From Trichomonas gallinae (taxonomy: Eukaryota), in the NCBI GenBank assembly GCA_008369845.1, contig MRSU01000563.1, positions 47,207 to 67,206 on the forward strand: DNA of 20,000 nt, written 5' to 3'. The notes below the pieces were generated by a model. It worked only from the letters and a program-made list of their open reading frames with translations. It was not told the origin of the DNA and searched no databases. Each line of letters begins with the position of its first letter. Position 1 is the first letter of the stretch. Position numbers and translations under genes: made by a program. Below are positions 8,200-19,539 of the stretch, piece after piece.

Positions 8200-10860
8200 T
8201 TTGAGGAAACAGAAATGTTCTGTTCTTTGAAACTGAAGCTAAAGATGCTTGAATTCATTCCATTATTTTAATCAGGTTCAAATTAACAACATCTGATTCA
8301 TAACAGAGAATAAAAGTTCATTTTATTGGATTATCACATTCTTTACTTAGAAAATTGTTATTGTGATGGTTCTAGAAACTGTGGTTGACCGAAGAGAAAA
8401 ACTGTAATGATGAATCAGACAATAGACGCCAATGATAAAATTTTGTCTTGATACAGTTGGAAATTAAAAGCTTGTATCCTATGTAGTGTAATTATAAGCT
8501 AAAAGAGCGTTAACGTAGGATTTAATATATCGTGAATTTTTGAAGGACGGATTCAATGGATTCCCTTTTTCATATGCAATGCATATATCATAAATATATG
8601 AATTGTTGAATATAATGGGCATAAATCGTCTTAATATATCCTGCCCATAATTTTATAATGATATATGCCTGTATAACCCATACCGGTGCATGACTGGTGT
8701 GTTGTCTATGCAGGCATAGTTGAGTTCTTTCATTAATAGGCATTTCATTATTATTTCCGAAATTAAAGTTCTCACAGTCAACAAATTTCGCGTGTATTGG
8801 TTCATTTTAGACCGAAATAGAACTGTGGATGGTCTTAAAATCGGAATATTTCGATTTTTACTGAAATTATGCCAAAATTGCTTTTAGTGGAAACAGCTTC
8901 ACTTTGAAAGAGTGATGCATTAATTTCGGAATAACTAGCGTATTGTTTGATTAATGATCGCTCAAATTTTCATTTTGAAAATTTGATAATTGATTTCGAA
9001 TCGATAATTGTGTATTCACTTTGTAAATCCATTATATACTTGATGGATACTGTTTACATTCAGTTATTATTCTGATAATATTCGTTTTCTTGAAAATATA
9101 TAATTTGATCATCAATTTTCAACGCAAGTCATGATTTGAAACTTGCATATCTAAATCTTATCATGAATATTAGTTGATCAATCAGTTAAAACTCGTTTAA
9201 TAGAGTATTAATATGATATTGTTTAATAAATTGAACTATATCAGTGTTTACTCAGCATAACTACTGATAATGTATCAATTAAAAGCAATATATTGTGTCA
9301 AGCGCTTGATAACACAGGAGCTTCAATCACGAATCACTTTAAAGAACTTTATGCACGTAAAATAAACGCACATGCGTGTATAATCATTATTGGTTTATTC
9401 TAGAGATGTATCATCTGTGTTTATACGCAAGCGCCGTGTAAATGCTCATCAAATCTTTTCTGAGAAAAATGATTTTCTCATATTTGAGAACAAAATCATC
9501 ATATAACAGCTCACAAATACCCACAGAGGCTGTTGGCACTGTTAAAATTAAGTCATGAAGAATGTAAAGAAATTAAAAATCGTTCACATTTTGTAGTCCT
9601 TTTAAACGTGAAATATAGGCCCTCCAGAGTATTTCATGCTGTTTTCCCTTGGAAAAGGCGGACCTTTTGTCGCTGGAAAAGATTTTATTCATTTTATTCT
9701 CGAATAAAATCAGTTTTTGTTCTTGTTTTTCTTGCTTCCGCTTCTTACAAAAAAGTCTGGGGTGGAAAGATAGACTCACAGAACTGTAATGCATGTCGTG
9801 GTAATATTTAACACGCTCAAACACAAAAGTTGATAAATTCGAAGAAACAAAATTATATAGAGAATTGGGGTTTTGGCATAGAATTTCGATATAGATTCTT
9901 TAGATTAGTTGTTTGGCTCAAGAAAAGTTCTTAGTTTTGTTAATTTATAAAATCTATTATAAAATTCTGAACAAAAGCTATTTATATTGATGACAAACGG
10001 AAGCCTAAACAAGCTCTAATATAATTCAGTGGCCAACTAAAACTAACGCTGTAAAATTTAAAATTAAAATAATTTGATGGACATTGTGCCCATATTTAAG
10101 TCCATAAATAGATTGATAAATCTGACTTTAAGAAGATGGCAATAGTATAACAGCTCAATTCCACAATATTGAATTAAGAATTTCTCCATATAACACGTTA
10201 ATTCGAACGCTAACTCATATATATAATAAGAAATCTAATGCTAGGCAAACGATGATGTTTTCATCGATAAACTCGTAAATCAAAAAAGCTGACACACATT
10301 TGAGAATACTTGTTTTTTAACGGGAATCGATAAACCATTAATTATGAAATGCGTAGTTGTTACAGATTTATTAAGTTTTGAGGGTAAAAAATAATGTCTA
10401 CTCGTGTTTGTCCGTAAAAAAATTTATATATCTTTTGAGAAAATTAAACAAACTATAATGTATAATCACCAGTCGTCAAGAATTAAAAGAATAATAGAAT
10501 TGAGAACCATACTTTTTGAATGAACGGCAGTAAACGTGACACCCAATTTTCTGAGGCAATTATTATAATTTTGATAGTTTTGATTGCTGCTACATAATGC
10601 CGATTTTTGATCATAAAACAAATTATAAAATTGAAAGAAGGGTATTCAATCATCATAAAAGTGATTTTTTAACTCAAAAGTCGATTGAGAGGCAAAATAG
10701 GTTTTATGGATTTTTCAAGCTTTTCTGCCGTGGCTTTTGTCTATCTGCCTAATTACACATTACGAAAACCATTGGGCTGCATGTGTTTTGATTTTGGCAA
10801 GTTTATGTAAAAAATATCTCTGTTATGACTGTTTGGTCCTACTTTTGAGGGATTTCATTA
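8200..10860 (-). pseudogene. Possible heavily decayed protein-coding gene of unknown family; boundaries approximate
   Basis: Long minus-strand frames with sparse stops in very AT-rich DNA: 9414-9824 has one stop in ~137 codons and 8482-8847 has one stop in ~122 codons, both with protein-like composition. No recognisable domain. Confidence 0.3.
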
Positions 10861-11196
10861 TTGAATATGTGTTATTTAACTAAATACTATTATGAAAATG
10901 TAAACAAAATATAGTGTTTCTCCTTATGATTCTTTAATATATCACTTCGAAATATCACGTTTAAGTGGTATAACTCGCATGGTTTATAATTAAAAGTCAT
11001 AATAACATCATTGTTATGAGTTAAATGCATATAAATAGATCAGAAAGAAATAAAATTTTGGCTAATTTGTTGTTTTGGGGTGGATTAAGGGAGAACGTGG
11101 TGTGTTATGAGGTTTGAATGAATGTAAGAATATTGAAATAGAAGATAAGTACAACAAAGCTTGGTTTTTACAAATAATTCAATGGTAAAACAAAAT

Positions 11197-12018
11197 TCAA
11201 TGAAGCCAGAAAGAAGAATCAAACAAGGATTCTGACTTAAACGCATCGTACTGGGAAGCCATTAGAGGAATTTGATCATCTAATTTCAATTCCTGAGGGA
11301 TCATATAGACATCGTGCTGAGCAGCAGATGTAAAAATAAGAGGGTCTGAGACGATGTTAATTGGCTCAGAGTGTTCTTCCTCAACAGATTCCTCCTTCGG
11401 GCTGGAATCCTCCGATTTTTCCATCTTAGACTGTATTAAGTGACTTTTTGGAATCTGTTGGTAGCGATATCTGCACTGGACATCACTTCTGTTGCCCATT
11501 TTGGCCGAAACTTTAGCCCATGATTTTTCGCCATAAAGTAAAACTAAATCGATAAGCTTCTGAACTTCTTCTTTTGTCCAGTTAGCCTTCGAAATTCTTG
11601 GATCGAGGACACGAATCCAGCGCTGGCTGCACTGTGAGCGTGTTCTTCCATTGCCGACGTATTGTGCAACTTCATTCCAATTCTCGAGTCCAAGCTTGTG
11701 GATTGCCTTGAGGAGTCTAATATCCTCGGAGTTTGTCCACGTTCTTGTCTTTCTTCTTGAATTAGATGATCCTTTCTCTACTACGGGTGAGGGTGGGATA
11801 GGCTCATCTTCCACGTCGAGAATTGACTTGAGTTTCTCAATCGCCTGGGCATTCTCCACGAACTGTAAAAGTCTTTCTCTGTAGACAACATAATCAATTG
11901 GGTTGTAGATGAAATCCTGGAAGATCTTTTTAATCTCCTCGATGCTTGTCTGGCTCAAGGTGGCCGTGTTATCCTGGATATAGGACATGGCAACGTCAAC
12001 CAATGGGTCATAGTTCAT
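11197..12018 (-). CDS. R2R3 Myb transcription factor
   Basis: Canonical repeats WTNSEDIRLLKAIHKLGLENWNEVAQYVGNGRTRSQCSQRWIRVLDPRISKANWTKEEVQKLIDLVLLYGEKSWAKVSAKMGNRSDVQCRYRY, with a helical N-terminal extension and an acidic C-terminus. An Inr supports the ATG. Confidence 0.95.
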   Translation of the reverse strand: MNYDPLVDVAMSYIQDNTATLSQTSIEEIKKIFQDFIYNPIDYVVYRERLLQFVENAQAIEKLKSILDVEDEPIPPSPVVEKGSSNSRRKTRTWTNSEDIRLLKAIHKLGLENWNEVAQYVGNGRTRSQCSQRWIRVLDPRISKANWTKEEVQKLIDLVLLYGEKSWAKVSAKMGNRSDVQCRYRYQQIPKSHLIQSKMEKSEDSSPKEESVEEEHSEPINIVSDPLIFTSAAQHDVYMIPQELKLDDQIPLMASQYDAFKSESLFDSSFWLH

Positions 12019-12026
12019 TTTTGAAA

Positions 12027-12031
12027 AATGA
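12027..12031 (-). promoter_or_regulatory. Initiator (Inr) element TCATT of the Myb gene
   Basis: The minus strand reads TCATTTTTCAAAAATG, i.e. TCATT 8 nt before the ATG. Confidence 0.7.
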
Positions 12032-13674
12032 TATCAAATGTTAAAACTTTTGAGAAGATTGAGACTCAACTTTGAATCAAACTTCCTTCAATTATATCGC
12101 GTTGGTATATATGAGTCCTATGATAAAATTCCAGAGAATTTGGCTCAAAGTTTTGTATTGAAAAAAGAAAAATAATTATCACAAATGTTGATCGGCATTA
12201 ACTTGATCAAATATTCGATGCAGTACACGTATTAATATTTACGAAAAATGGTTAATCATGTCAATTAACGTTTTAAATGTTCTAAATTAGTTCAACTTGA
12301 TTTTGGGATATTTAACCTTCGATTTGTCTTTCTGATGTGTGGTCTTAAAAAGGATTTGTGTATATTTTTACGATAGCTTTACACAATTCATCTCTTTTTT
12401 TCTTAGTTGATCAAATGTGCAGCAGAAATTAACAATTTAACATATGTTTTAGATATGGATACAGTATTTATCAAGTTGGTATAAAAAATTATCGATTATT
12501 TTTTTATATGCCATTATTCCTAATACAATATATTGGATCATTTTCTGTCTGAATATCGATCTTTTCAATTTTTATTGTTGGCTCAATTTTTTTAATCAAT
12601 TTTGTTAATCTTTGATCAGGTGAAGAAATCATATATTGCGTGTCAATATATCGATATGCAACAAATAATCGATTTTCAAGGAAAAAATTGGAAATGGAAC
12701 TTTTTTGATATTTAACCTTATACTAAAGCATATAATTCGTATTTTATAATCTTTCCCCACAAAACTGCTTTTTGTTAATGTACAATTTTCTGAAAGGTCT
12801 GAAGATGAAAAATGCATAATATGTATTGCAGCATTAAAATATTCAAAATCATTTAAAGTAGTTTTGAGTATAAAAATTAATAAGAAGCTGATGGGAGCAA
12901 TGTATTTGTTTCATGTCACCCATTGCTATGATGTTTATTATGTTTTTACAAAGTTATGCCCATCTGTATTTTTTTCGAAAGTCCCCATCATTATATTTTA
13001 TAAGATAATTTGTAAGAGACAGGCGTGTATCTTCTATAAATCAGTCTGATGAGACAGTTGGTCTGGTTGGCAATGTTTTGAAACAAGACAATCCATTAAC
13101 TGTAAAATTACTTCTTTTTGTTGTCATCAGAACGCTATAGATGGGCTAATTAGAACATTCATTTATTTAATTCAAATTAACCTAACTAGCAAAAATGAAT
13201 CTTGGAAAATTTCGATTCGTGATTAAGATCTGCGGTTTGGTATAGGCCTGAAATGAGTAACTGTTCATATTTCTGATTGAAACCATTGGTAAATCATTGA
13301 ATTATACTCGTATTGTTTGATTAAATTTCTTATTAAGTGTCATCAATCTTTGTATTTCTAGATTTTCAATCTATAAAATGTATATAGATTAAATATAGTT
13401 TAATTTTTAAATCAAACACTGTAATATTTTTATTCAATTTTTCGGTAAAACAAAAACTCATTTTAATGCGAAAATCATAATATATACAATTATTATATCA
13501 TTTTCGTAAGGGTTACAACTTTTGAGATGTTAAACTATTCACATTGTCATTGTTATTTCATTTCCTTAATTGTCTTTATCTATAGAATAAATTCTCATCA
13601 TTAATAGATATTTATATAGATGTTTTTTTGGATTGGAATTTTTATATGATATTTATAGAAATATAGGATATATT

Positions 13675-14859
13675 TTATTTCTTTGCGAGCTCTTCTTTCA
13701 TTGTGTTGAAGCCCTTGACAATTCTCTTGCATCCTTCGATTAAATTATTTTCTTCAGCTGAGAAGCAGAGTCTGAACCATCCTGGTGTCTTGCACTGGAA
13801 TCCGAGTGCGCCTGGCAAAATCATGATATCGAATCTGTCCATGAAATCTAAATAAACTTTCATTTCTTCTTCTGTGTTGTGAACGATTTCCGTCATATCC
13901 AGCATGATAAAGAGTGAAGCTGGATACTTCTTATATGGAACTTTGCCTTCTTCGAAAATTTTAATTGCCTGATTTTCGCGTTCAATGAGTCTCTGCTTTG
14001 TTTCGCGGATCATTTTGTCCCTGAGCTCGTAGTTGCAGAAGATCTTCTCTAAAAAGTTCTTTGTGTCTGAAGGCAAAGCATATCTGCCGGAGACTTCGGA
14101 CATGGCCTTGAAGACGTCATTGTTCTTTGTGTAGAAGACTCCGACGTGGAGACCTGCGAGTCCCCAGTCCTTAGAGACGCCGTAGAGGTGGTGTGTTCTC
14201 ATTGGGTCGGCCTCTGGGTGCTCGAACATTGAGACAAAGTTAGAACCATCGCGAACAGATAATGCGTAAACTTCGTCAACGAGAACGTGTAAGTTTGGAT
14301 TCTTCTTTGCCCATTTGAAGACTTTGTCTTGATCTGGGATGATGTCGCCCTCTGGGTTTCCTGGATTCGTTAACAATAAAATTCTTGCATCTGCTGGAGG
14401 CTCGTCTGGGAGATTTTCGAGGTCGATGTAGTCGAAGATTGCGCCAGATGACTTCATATCTGGTTCGAAGAATGAATAGCATGGCTTTGGGATCATAATT
14501 CTGTCTCCTGGCTCACAAAAAACAAGAGCGCAAATTTCAACAAGGTAAGCGATGCCACTTCCGAACATTATTCTGGATGGGTCGACATTCTTCATGCCAA
14601 AGTGCTTCTCGTAGAGATCTGCAAATGCTTTTGTCAAATTTTGCTTTGAGAAAGCGCCCATGTATGTGAAATCGACGTTCTTGTAGTCAGAACGATCTGC
14701 CATTAACGGTTTCAAGAAATCATAGAGTAAATGATTTTCAGCTGTTGCGAGATTAATAACTTCATTAATTCTGGCCTGATATTTCATCCATCCTTCCATG
14801 ATAGGCGAAGGCTTCTTGTTCATAAGTCTCTGAACATAAGCAGTTGGCTTGTAACTCAT
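13675..14859 (-). CDS. PLP-dependent aminotransferase class I/II, ACC-synthase-like subfamily
   Basis: Motifs INLATAEN, IPKPCY, LLTNPGNPEG, VDEVYA, GVSKDWGLAGLHVG (PLP Lys codon at 14170-14172) and PGWFRLCF. 394 aa, intact; the stop is part of TAAA. Confidence 0.92.
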   Translation of the reverse strand: MSYKPTAYVQRLMNKKPSPIMEGWMKYQARINEVINLATAENHLLYDFLKPLMADRSDYKNVDFTYMGAFSKQNLTKAFADLYEKHFGMKNVDPSRIMFGSGIAYLVEICALVFCEPGDRIMIPKPCYSFFEPDMKSSGAIFDYIDLENLPDEPPADARILLLTNPGNPEGDIIPDQDKVFKWAKKNPNLHVLVDEVYALSVRDGSNFVSMFEHPEADPMRTHHLYGVSKDWGLAGLHVGVFYTKNNDVFKAMSEVSGRYALPSDTKNFLEKIFCNYELRDKMIRETKQRLIERENQAIKIFEEGKVPYKKYPASLFIMLDMTEIVHNTEEEMKVYLDFMDRFDIMILPGALGFQCKTPGWFRLCFSAEENNLIEGCKRIVKGFNTMKEELAKK

Positions 14860-15401
14860 TATAAATAATTAGCCGTCAGAATTTTTTGTGAGATATTGAT
14901 TTGTTATTGAGTATAAACCAAATATCAAAATTATATTAATTTTTTTGCTCTTATTCGTAAACTATTCAAAATGATTATATTTTGACATGTAAATCTTCCA
15001 ATTGCTATTATTTAATTTTGGCATCAATATTAAGCCTAATGTTCATATCTAAAAGTCAATATTCTAGCGATGAGAAAAAATGGTAACAAAAGAAATCCAT
15101 ACTTATAGAAGTTTTTTCAAAATTTTATTTTTCTTATCAAAAAATGCGATTTTCTTTAATAATAAATCGATTAAATGACATTTTATATAATAGAATCTAT
15201 TTGATTATAGTTTTTAGATGATTTGGCATGCTAGAATTTGTGAAATGTACATTTTTTAATGAAAAAATTTTTGATAAATACAAAAATTACGAATAAAATC
15301 AAAAAATATTTTTGAAATCATGAAGTAGAAGGGAAATAGTGTGTATATATGAACAAGTAAAGGGATGAAAGAATATTTGACATGTAAATTTAATTTATTT
15401 G

Positions 15402-15406
15402 TCATT
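15402..15406 (+). promoter_or_regulatory. Initiator (Inr) element TCATT of the CLU gene
   Basis: TCATTTGCATTATG: TCATT 6 nt before ATG 15413. Confidence 0.7.
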
Positions 15407-15412
15407 TGCATT

Positions 15413-18301
15413 ATGAGTGAAGAGAAACCGATTCCTACGAATGTTGTCGTCAAGTCAGAAGGAATTGATCCGTATAAGTTTATGATTGCGAACCTGAGCC
15501 CAGTGGAGCTGGCAGAATCAGTCCAAAACGATCCTACGCTTTGCTGGTTCACGAATTGCAGCATTGTCACTAAATCCGGCCAAGTTACAACAACATCCAA
15601 CCTCAAGATCGACCTTGAGAACGATATTTTGAACGCAACAATAAACGTTAAAGAATTTAATGAAAATGATGCCTTAAATCACGCACAGTTGTTCGCTAGG
15701 ATCGTTTTTTCGATGACTACAATGCGAAACTGCATTGATGCGAAGCAGACAGTCATCGGTTGGCTTATTCAAAATTATTCCAAGGAATTAAAGCAGATTC
15801 CTTCGCTTTCGGAGATATCAGGCATCTACCCATCCAACTACCTCGCCCCCAACACAAAAGAAATTGTCAAATTCTTCGATTTGTCGAATAATCAACCGAC
15901 CATCGCCGAAAGGATTGAAGGAATCCTCATGAAATTCACGCTGAAGACAATGGAGAACAAGGAGTTTACAATCTGCGCTGTACCGGCCGGTTTTTACGTA
16001 AATCCAGAGAAAATTTACAAATCTTTGCATCTTCTCGTTTCTTCGCTTTCTCACACTTTCAGAGACAACTACGTGTCCATTTCGAAGCGTTGGTGTGATC
16101 TTCAGTCGATAGAACGCCGCAGCTTCAATAATCCGACATTCCAAAATTTAACTTTCTTCCCAGGCAACGACGCGTCACAAAACGACCAAACTTTACATTT
16201 GTTCGACCAGGAGGTTGAAGCGGTTATGGGTAACATTGATGATGTCATTGAATCTCTTCCAAAAGATAATTTTCACGACATTTACGTCGCTAAAGTCGAA
16301 AGAGCCTTCATAAGGAACTCAATTGAGGGCATCATCAACATTAAACGCGGTTTAATCCCTCCAATGAACGAAATCGGATCATATTATTACCACGACTTGT
16401 TTATTGCTCCTTTGGCCGCTTTGCTTCCTTTCTACGAGATGAAAGGCGGTGTTGACTCAATCCACAGAACAATTGCAAACGATATTCACACTTATCCAAT
16501 TATTAAATCCTTGGATTCTAAATTTAGAGTCTGCAGATGCCTTGTTATCGACTACTTCAACGAAAGATGGTTCGTTCAGTGCCTCGTTCCAGGCCTAATC
16601 TACGGAAAAGCACAAATTGTTCACGGATATGACACAGAAAATCGCGCAATTTACAACAGAAACAAAGAATTCGACGATTTCTTCAAAGAAAATGCTGAAA
16701 AACTCGGAATTTCGCCTTCAAAAGTCAAATCTACGAACGAAGAAATTTATTCTGCTTCAGATGCAAGCGGAGTCATAGGATCTGACGGCAACAAATACAT
16801 TGTCGACTTCCACACAGTCACACCAAGAGACTTTAATTACCCAGATCCAGAGAAAGATCATGGAAAAATTATTAGAAGCGAAGCAGTAACATTTTTCGAG
16901 CAGTTCCGCGCTCTCTCCAAGCATGACGAAGAGTTTGTGAAGTTGGGCTGCAAGAAAGAAAACTTTTACAAATCTGATAATGAAGAAGCAATGAAAAAAA
17001 GGGCAGAAATCTTACAGAATGTTGAGAAAATTAAATTCGATATCAATGTTCTTTCCGTTGACTCAGATGCCAAAGAAGTCCCAGAAAATATCAAAGAAAT
17101 TTCTAAATTCATTGTTGACGTCTTAATTCCGATTTTCATTGAAGAGCATCTCATCCAGAACAAGTTTGTCTGCAGTGGACGCTCAATAGTCAACGAAATG
17201 CACAGAAGAGGCATAAATGTTAGATATCTGGGCGAAGTTTGCCGCCAAGTCAAGAAAGTTGCTGATAACGAAGTTCTTGCAGCATCAGCCAAGATAATCG
17301 AGGCAGAAATGATTATCAGAGCAATGAAATACGTCCACAGACACGAAAGAACAGATATCGAGTCATACGTCACTGCTATCAATCGTTTGACAGGTGTTGC
17401 AGGCAATGCTGAAAATATCAATGCAGTTAGATCTAAAATAATTAACACAATCAACTACAAATTCAGATATGAATTATCAAATATCGATGATTCGCTCAAA
17501 AACTTGATTATCACAGGCTGCCTTTCCAGTTTCGGCCTCACAGTTCTTCCACGTGCGTCAGTTGACAAGCTTACCCCACAACATGTCGTTGATGTTGAGC
17601 CAAGAATCAAATTCGCATTCACAAAGTCGGAATTAGTCGACAGAATGGTCGATGTCGGCACTGCCCTATACATGGCAGGTGACTTGAAGAGCAGCCAGAA
17701 CATTTTCCAGTCAATTGTCCAAGAATCAGTTGATCCTATCGACAAAAACGTTTCAACTGCTTTGTTCTACTTGGCTCTTGCCAAAGTCAACGACAAAGAG
17801 TTCGACGTTGCCTTCCAGTTCCTCGTCAGGTCTCTTTCTATCTTAGAGCATTACGTAGACCAAATCGACCCAGAGATCATTATTAGGTACACAGTGCTTG
17901 CTCAGGTGTCGTCTGTCTTGAATCGCAAGACATTGAGCTATGTTTTGTACGTGAGAGCGATGAGTCTGACTGAGCTGCTCTGCCCGTTCCACCCTTATTT
18001 GATTTCCGCTGCTGTTTCTGCTGCTGATGCCGCCTCTGCTTTGGACCAGAAGATGGCGATGACACTGCTGCAGAAGGCCATAGATGTCTGCGAGAAGTAC
18101 TCAAACGACAAGAAGTCTCTCGCTGTCCTCTGCCACACTGCTGCGATGAACTGCGTCAAAGACGGAAACGAGAGACAGGGAATGTTATTCGAGCAGAAGG
18201 CCGTCGAAAGCGACCCAGAGAACGAAGACATGAAGCAGACTTTAGAGCAGATCAAAGCACTCGTCCAACAGAACGAATCAAAGAAGCACAAGAAACACTA
18301 A
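15413..18301 (+). CDS. CLU1: CLU/Clueless (clustered mitochondria; TIF31 / eIF3 p135-like) homolog with C-terminal TPR-like helices
   Basis: CLU-domain motifs VIDYFNERWFVQCLVPGL and SGVIGSDGNKYIVDFHTVTPRDFNY, the CLU-central motif EMHRRGINVRYLGEV and IEAEMIIRAMKY, and an Ala/Leu-rich TPR-like C-terminus. Start moved from 15365 to 15413 (MSEEK) because of the Inr. Confidence 0.88.
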   Translation: MSEEKPIPTNVVVKSEGIDPYKFMIANLSPVELAESVQNDPTLCWFTNCSIVTKSGQVTTTSNLKIDLENDILNATINVKEFNENDALNHAQLFARIVFSMTTMRNCIDAKQTVIGWLIQNYSKELKQIPSLSEISGIYPSNYLAPNTKEIVKFFDLSNNQPTIAERIEGILMKFTLKTMENKEFTICAVPAGFYVNPEKIYKSLHLLVSSLSHTFRDNYVSISKRWCDLQSIERRSFNNPTFQNLTFFPGNDASQNDQTLHLFDQEVEAVMGNIDDVIESLPKDNFHDIYVAKVERAFIRNSIEGIINIKRGLIPPMNEIGSYYYHDLFIAPLAALLPFYEMKGGVDSIHRTIANDIHTYPIIKSLDSKFRVCRCLVIDYFNERWFVQCLVPGLIYGKAQIVHGYDTENRAIYNRNKEFDDFFKENAEKLGISPSKVKSTNEEIYSASDASGVIGSDGNKYIVDFHTVTPRDFNYPDPEKDHGKIIRSEAVTFFEQFRALSKHDEEFVKLGCKKENFYKSDNEEAMKKRAEILQNVEKIKFDINVLSVDSDAKEVPENIKEISKFIVDVLIPIFIEEHLIQNKFVCSGRSIVNEMHRRGINVRYLGEVCRQVKKVADNEVLAASAKIIEAEMIIRAMKYVHRHERTDIESYVTAINRLTGVAGNAENINAVRSKIINTINYKFRYELSNIDDSLKNLIITGCLSSFGLTVLPRASVDKLTPQHVVDVEPRIKFAFTKSELVDRMVDVGTALYMAGDLKSSQNIFQSIVQESVDPIDKNVSTALFYLALAKVNDKEFDVAFQFLVRSLSILEHYVDQIDPEIIIRYTVLAQVSSVLNRKTLSYVLYVRAMSLTELLCPFHPYLISAAVSAADAASALDQKMAMTLLQKAIDVCEKYSNDKKSLAVLCHTAAMNCVKDGNERQGMLFEQKAVESDPENEDMKQTLEQIKALVQQNESKKHKKH

Positions 18302-18626
18302 CATGTATATTTTATATATAAATTATTATAGATATTTTTTCTTAACTTTTTTTTTTTCTCTTTTTCTTGAAACACAAAAAAGTATTTATTCAAAGATGAC
18401 GTCATTCTCTTTATTAGATTCATTGTGGCAAAAGCATTCGATCAATTCAACAGTATAGTCAGGATTTGGTCAACTATCAACTTTACCCATGGAGTGGAAA
18501 CTCAAAAAATAAGACGAATTCTTTTCATTTTTCTCATTGAGAAATATTTAAGATGCGTTGATTTGTTTTAAGTCTTGACGATGAATAGGACTGATAAAGG
18601 CGATATACGTTTTGCTTCGCGAATGT

Positions 18627-19539
18627 TTAAACAATTAGTAGTTTCTGGTTTGTGTTTTTCTGTGTGATTGAGATTTCGAGATTCAATCTTGGGAAATCTT
18701 CCTTATTGACGTTGTTTGATGTTGTTATTAGCTTGTTTGAAGAAATTTTGTCGTAGAAACAGTTTTGCACATTAATAAAATTAGTGTTGCAGTGAAAAAT
18801 CTTCCCGTTTCCTTTGTCATTAAAAAAGAAGCAGCTGTCGACAGTCAACTTGACCCAGCTGGACACAAGTCCGTAGTCATGGCTCTGCTGCCAGTTGCCA
18901 ACGACATTGCAGTACTTCATGTCTGCCAGAAATATTTTTATTTTCTTCGATTGTCGTCAAATTTATAACAGGATTATTATTTGCATACATTATATAAGGT
19001 CCTGATACACCTGAAGCATCGTTTTTACTAAAGTTCATCGATGATTAAATTATTTTTCCACAATGATGAGCGGTAATGTGCGTATGTTCAGTGTCTCCAC
19101 AAAGAGAAATGCTCCCTTCTATAGCACAATTGATAAAATTTGCTGATATAAGGTTTGTACAAGAAAAATGAGAATCTTCATCTGTAACATGGCAATACAG
19201 TGCACCAAATCTATGCTGTACAATCGAACTTTGGCATCTGTAGTAAATACATCCGCCAATTCCATCATTGCTGCAGTTTTTGAAAATACATTCTGAATGA
19301 AGAAGCTTTGATAAATATATTTTGTAATTAATGACACCACTTGACCGATATAAGAACTTGCATCGATATAAAAAGCAATGTTTGTTTATAAATTCATATT
19401 TTGAATTATTTAAACATGAATAGTTTTGGCCTAGATAGGATTCGTCGTAATATATTGACCAGGCATCTTATGGTGTGCAATATCTGTGGAACACAACTTA
19501 ATGAAACCCATTCAAATGATGAGAAAACAACAAAAACAT
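18627..19539 (-). pseudogene. Pseudogene of a Cys/Asn-rich, probably beta-helix, trichomonad hypothetical protein family
   Basis: ATG 19539: MFLLFSHHLNGFH*VVFHRYCTP*DAWSIYY...ECIFKNCSNDGIGGCIYYRCQSSIVQHRF...CGKII*SSMNFSKNDAS...TIEENKNISGR. In-frame TAA at 19498-19500, 19468-19470 and 19045-19047. A frameshift near 18921-18940 leads into MKYCNVVGN...VDSCFFFND, ending at 18627. The main frame is absent from the ORF track. Confidence 0.75.

Noticed and set aside
9533..9811. 92-aa plus-strand ORF
   Set aside because: TTG start, no motif, and antisense to the more protein-like minus frame.
10288..10302. GCTGACACACAT, resembling the trichomonad intron 3' motif ACTAACACACAG
   Set aside because: Mismatched branch site, no AG at the required position, and no flanking exons. 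I saw no canonical intron motif elsewhere in the window.
12629..13160. Short ORFs 12629..12817 and 12864..13049 and a possible decayed minus-strand gene
   Set aside because: Frames are short with several stops and no recognisable motif; too weak to call without a search.
11651..18291. Antisense or alternate-frame ORFs inside the Myb, aminotransferase and CLU genes
   Set aside because: Shadow ORFs caused by the codon bias of the real genes.
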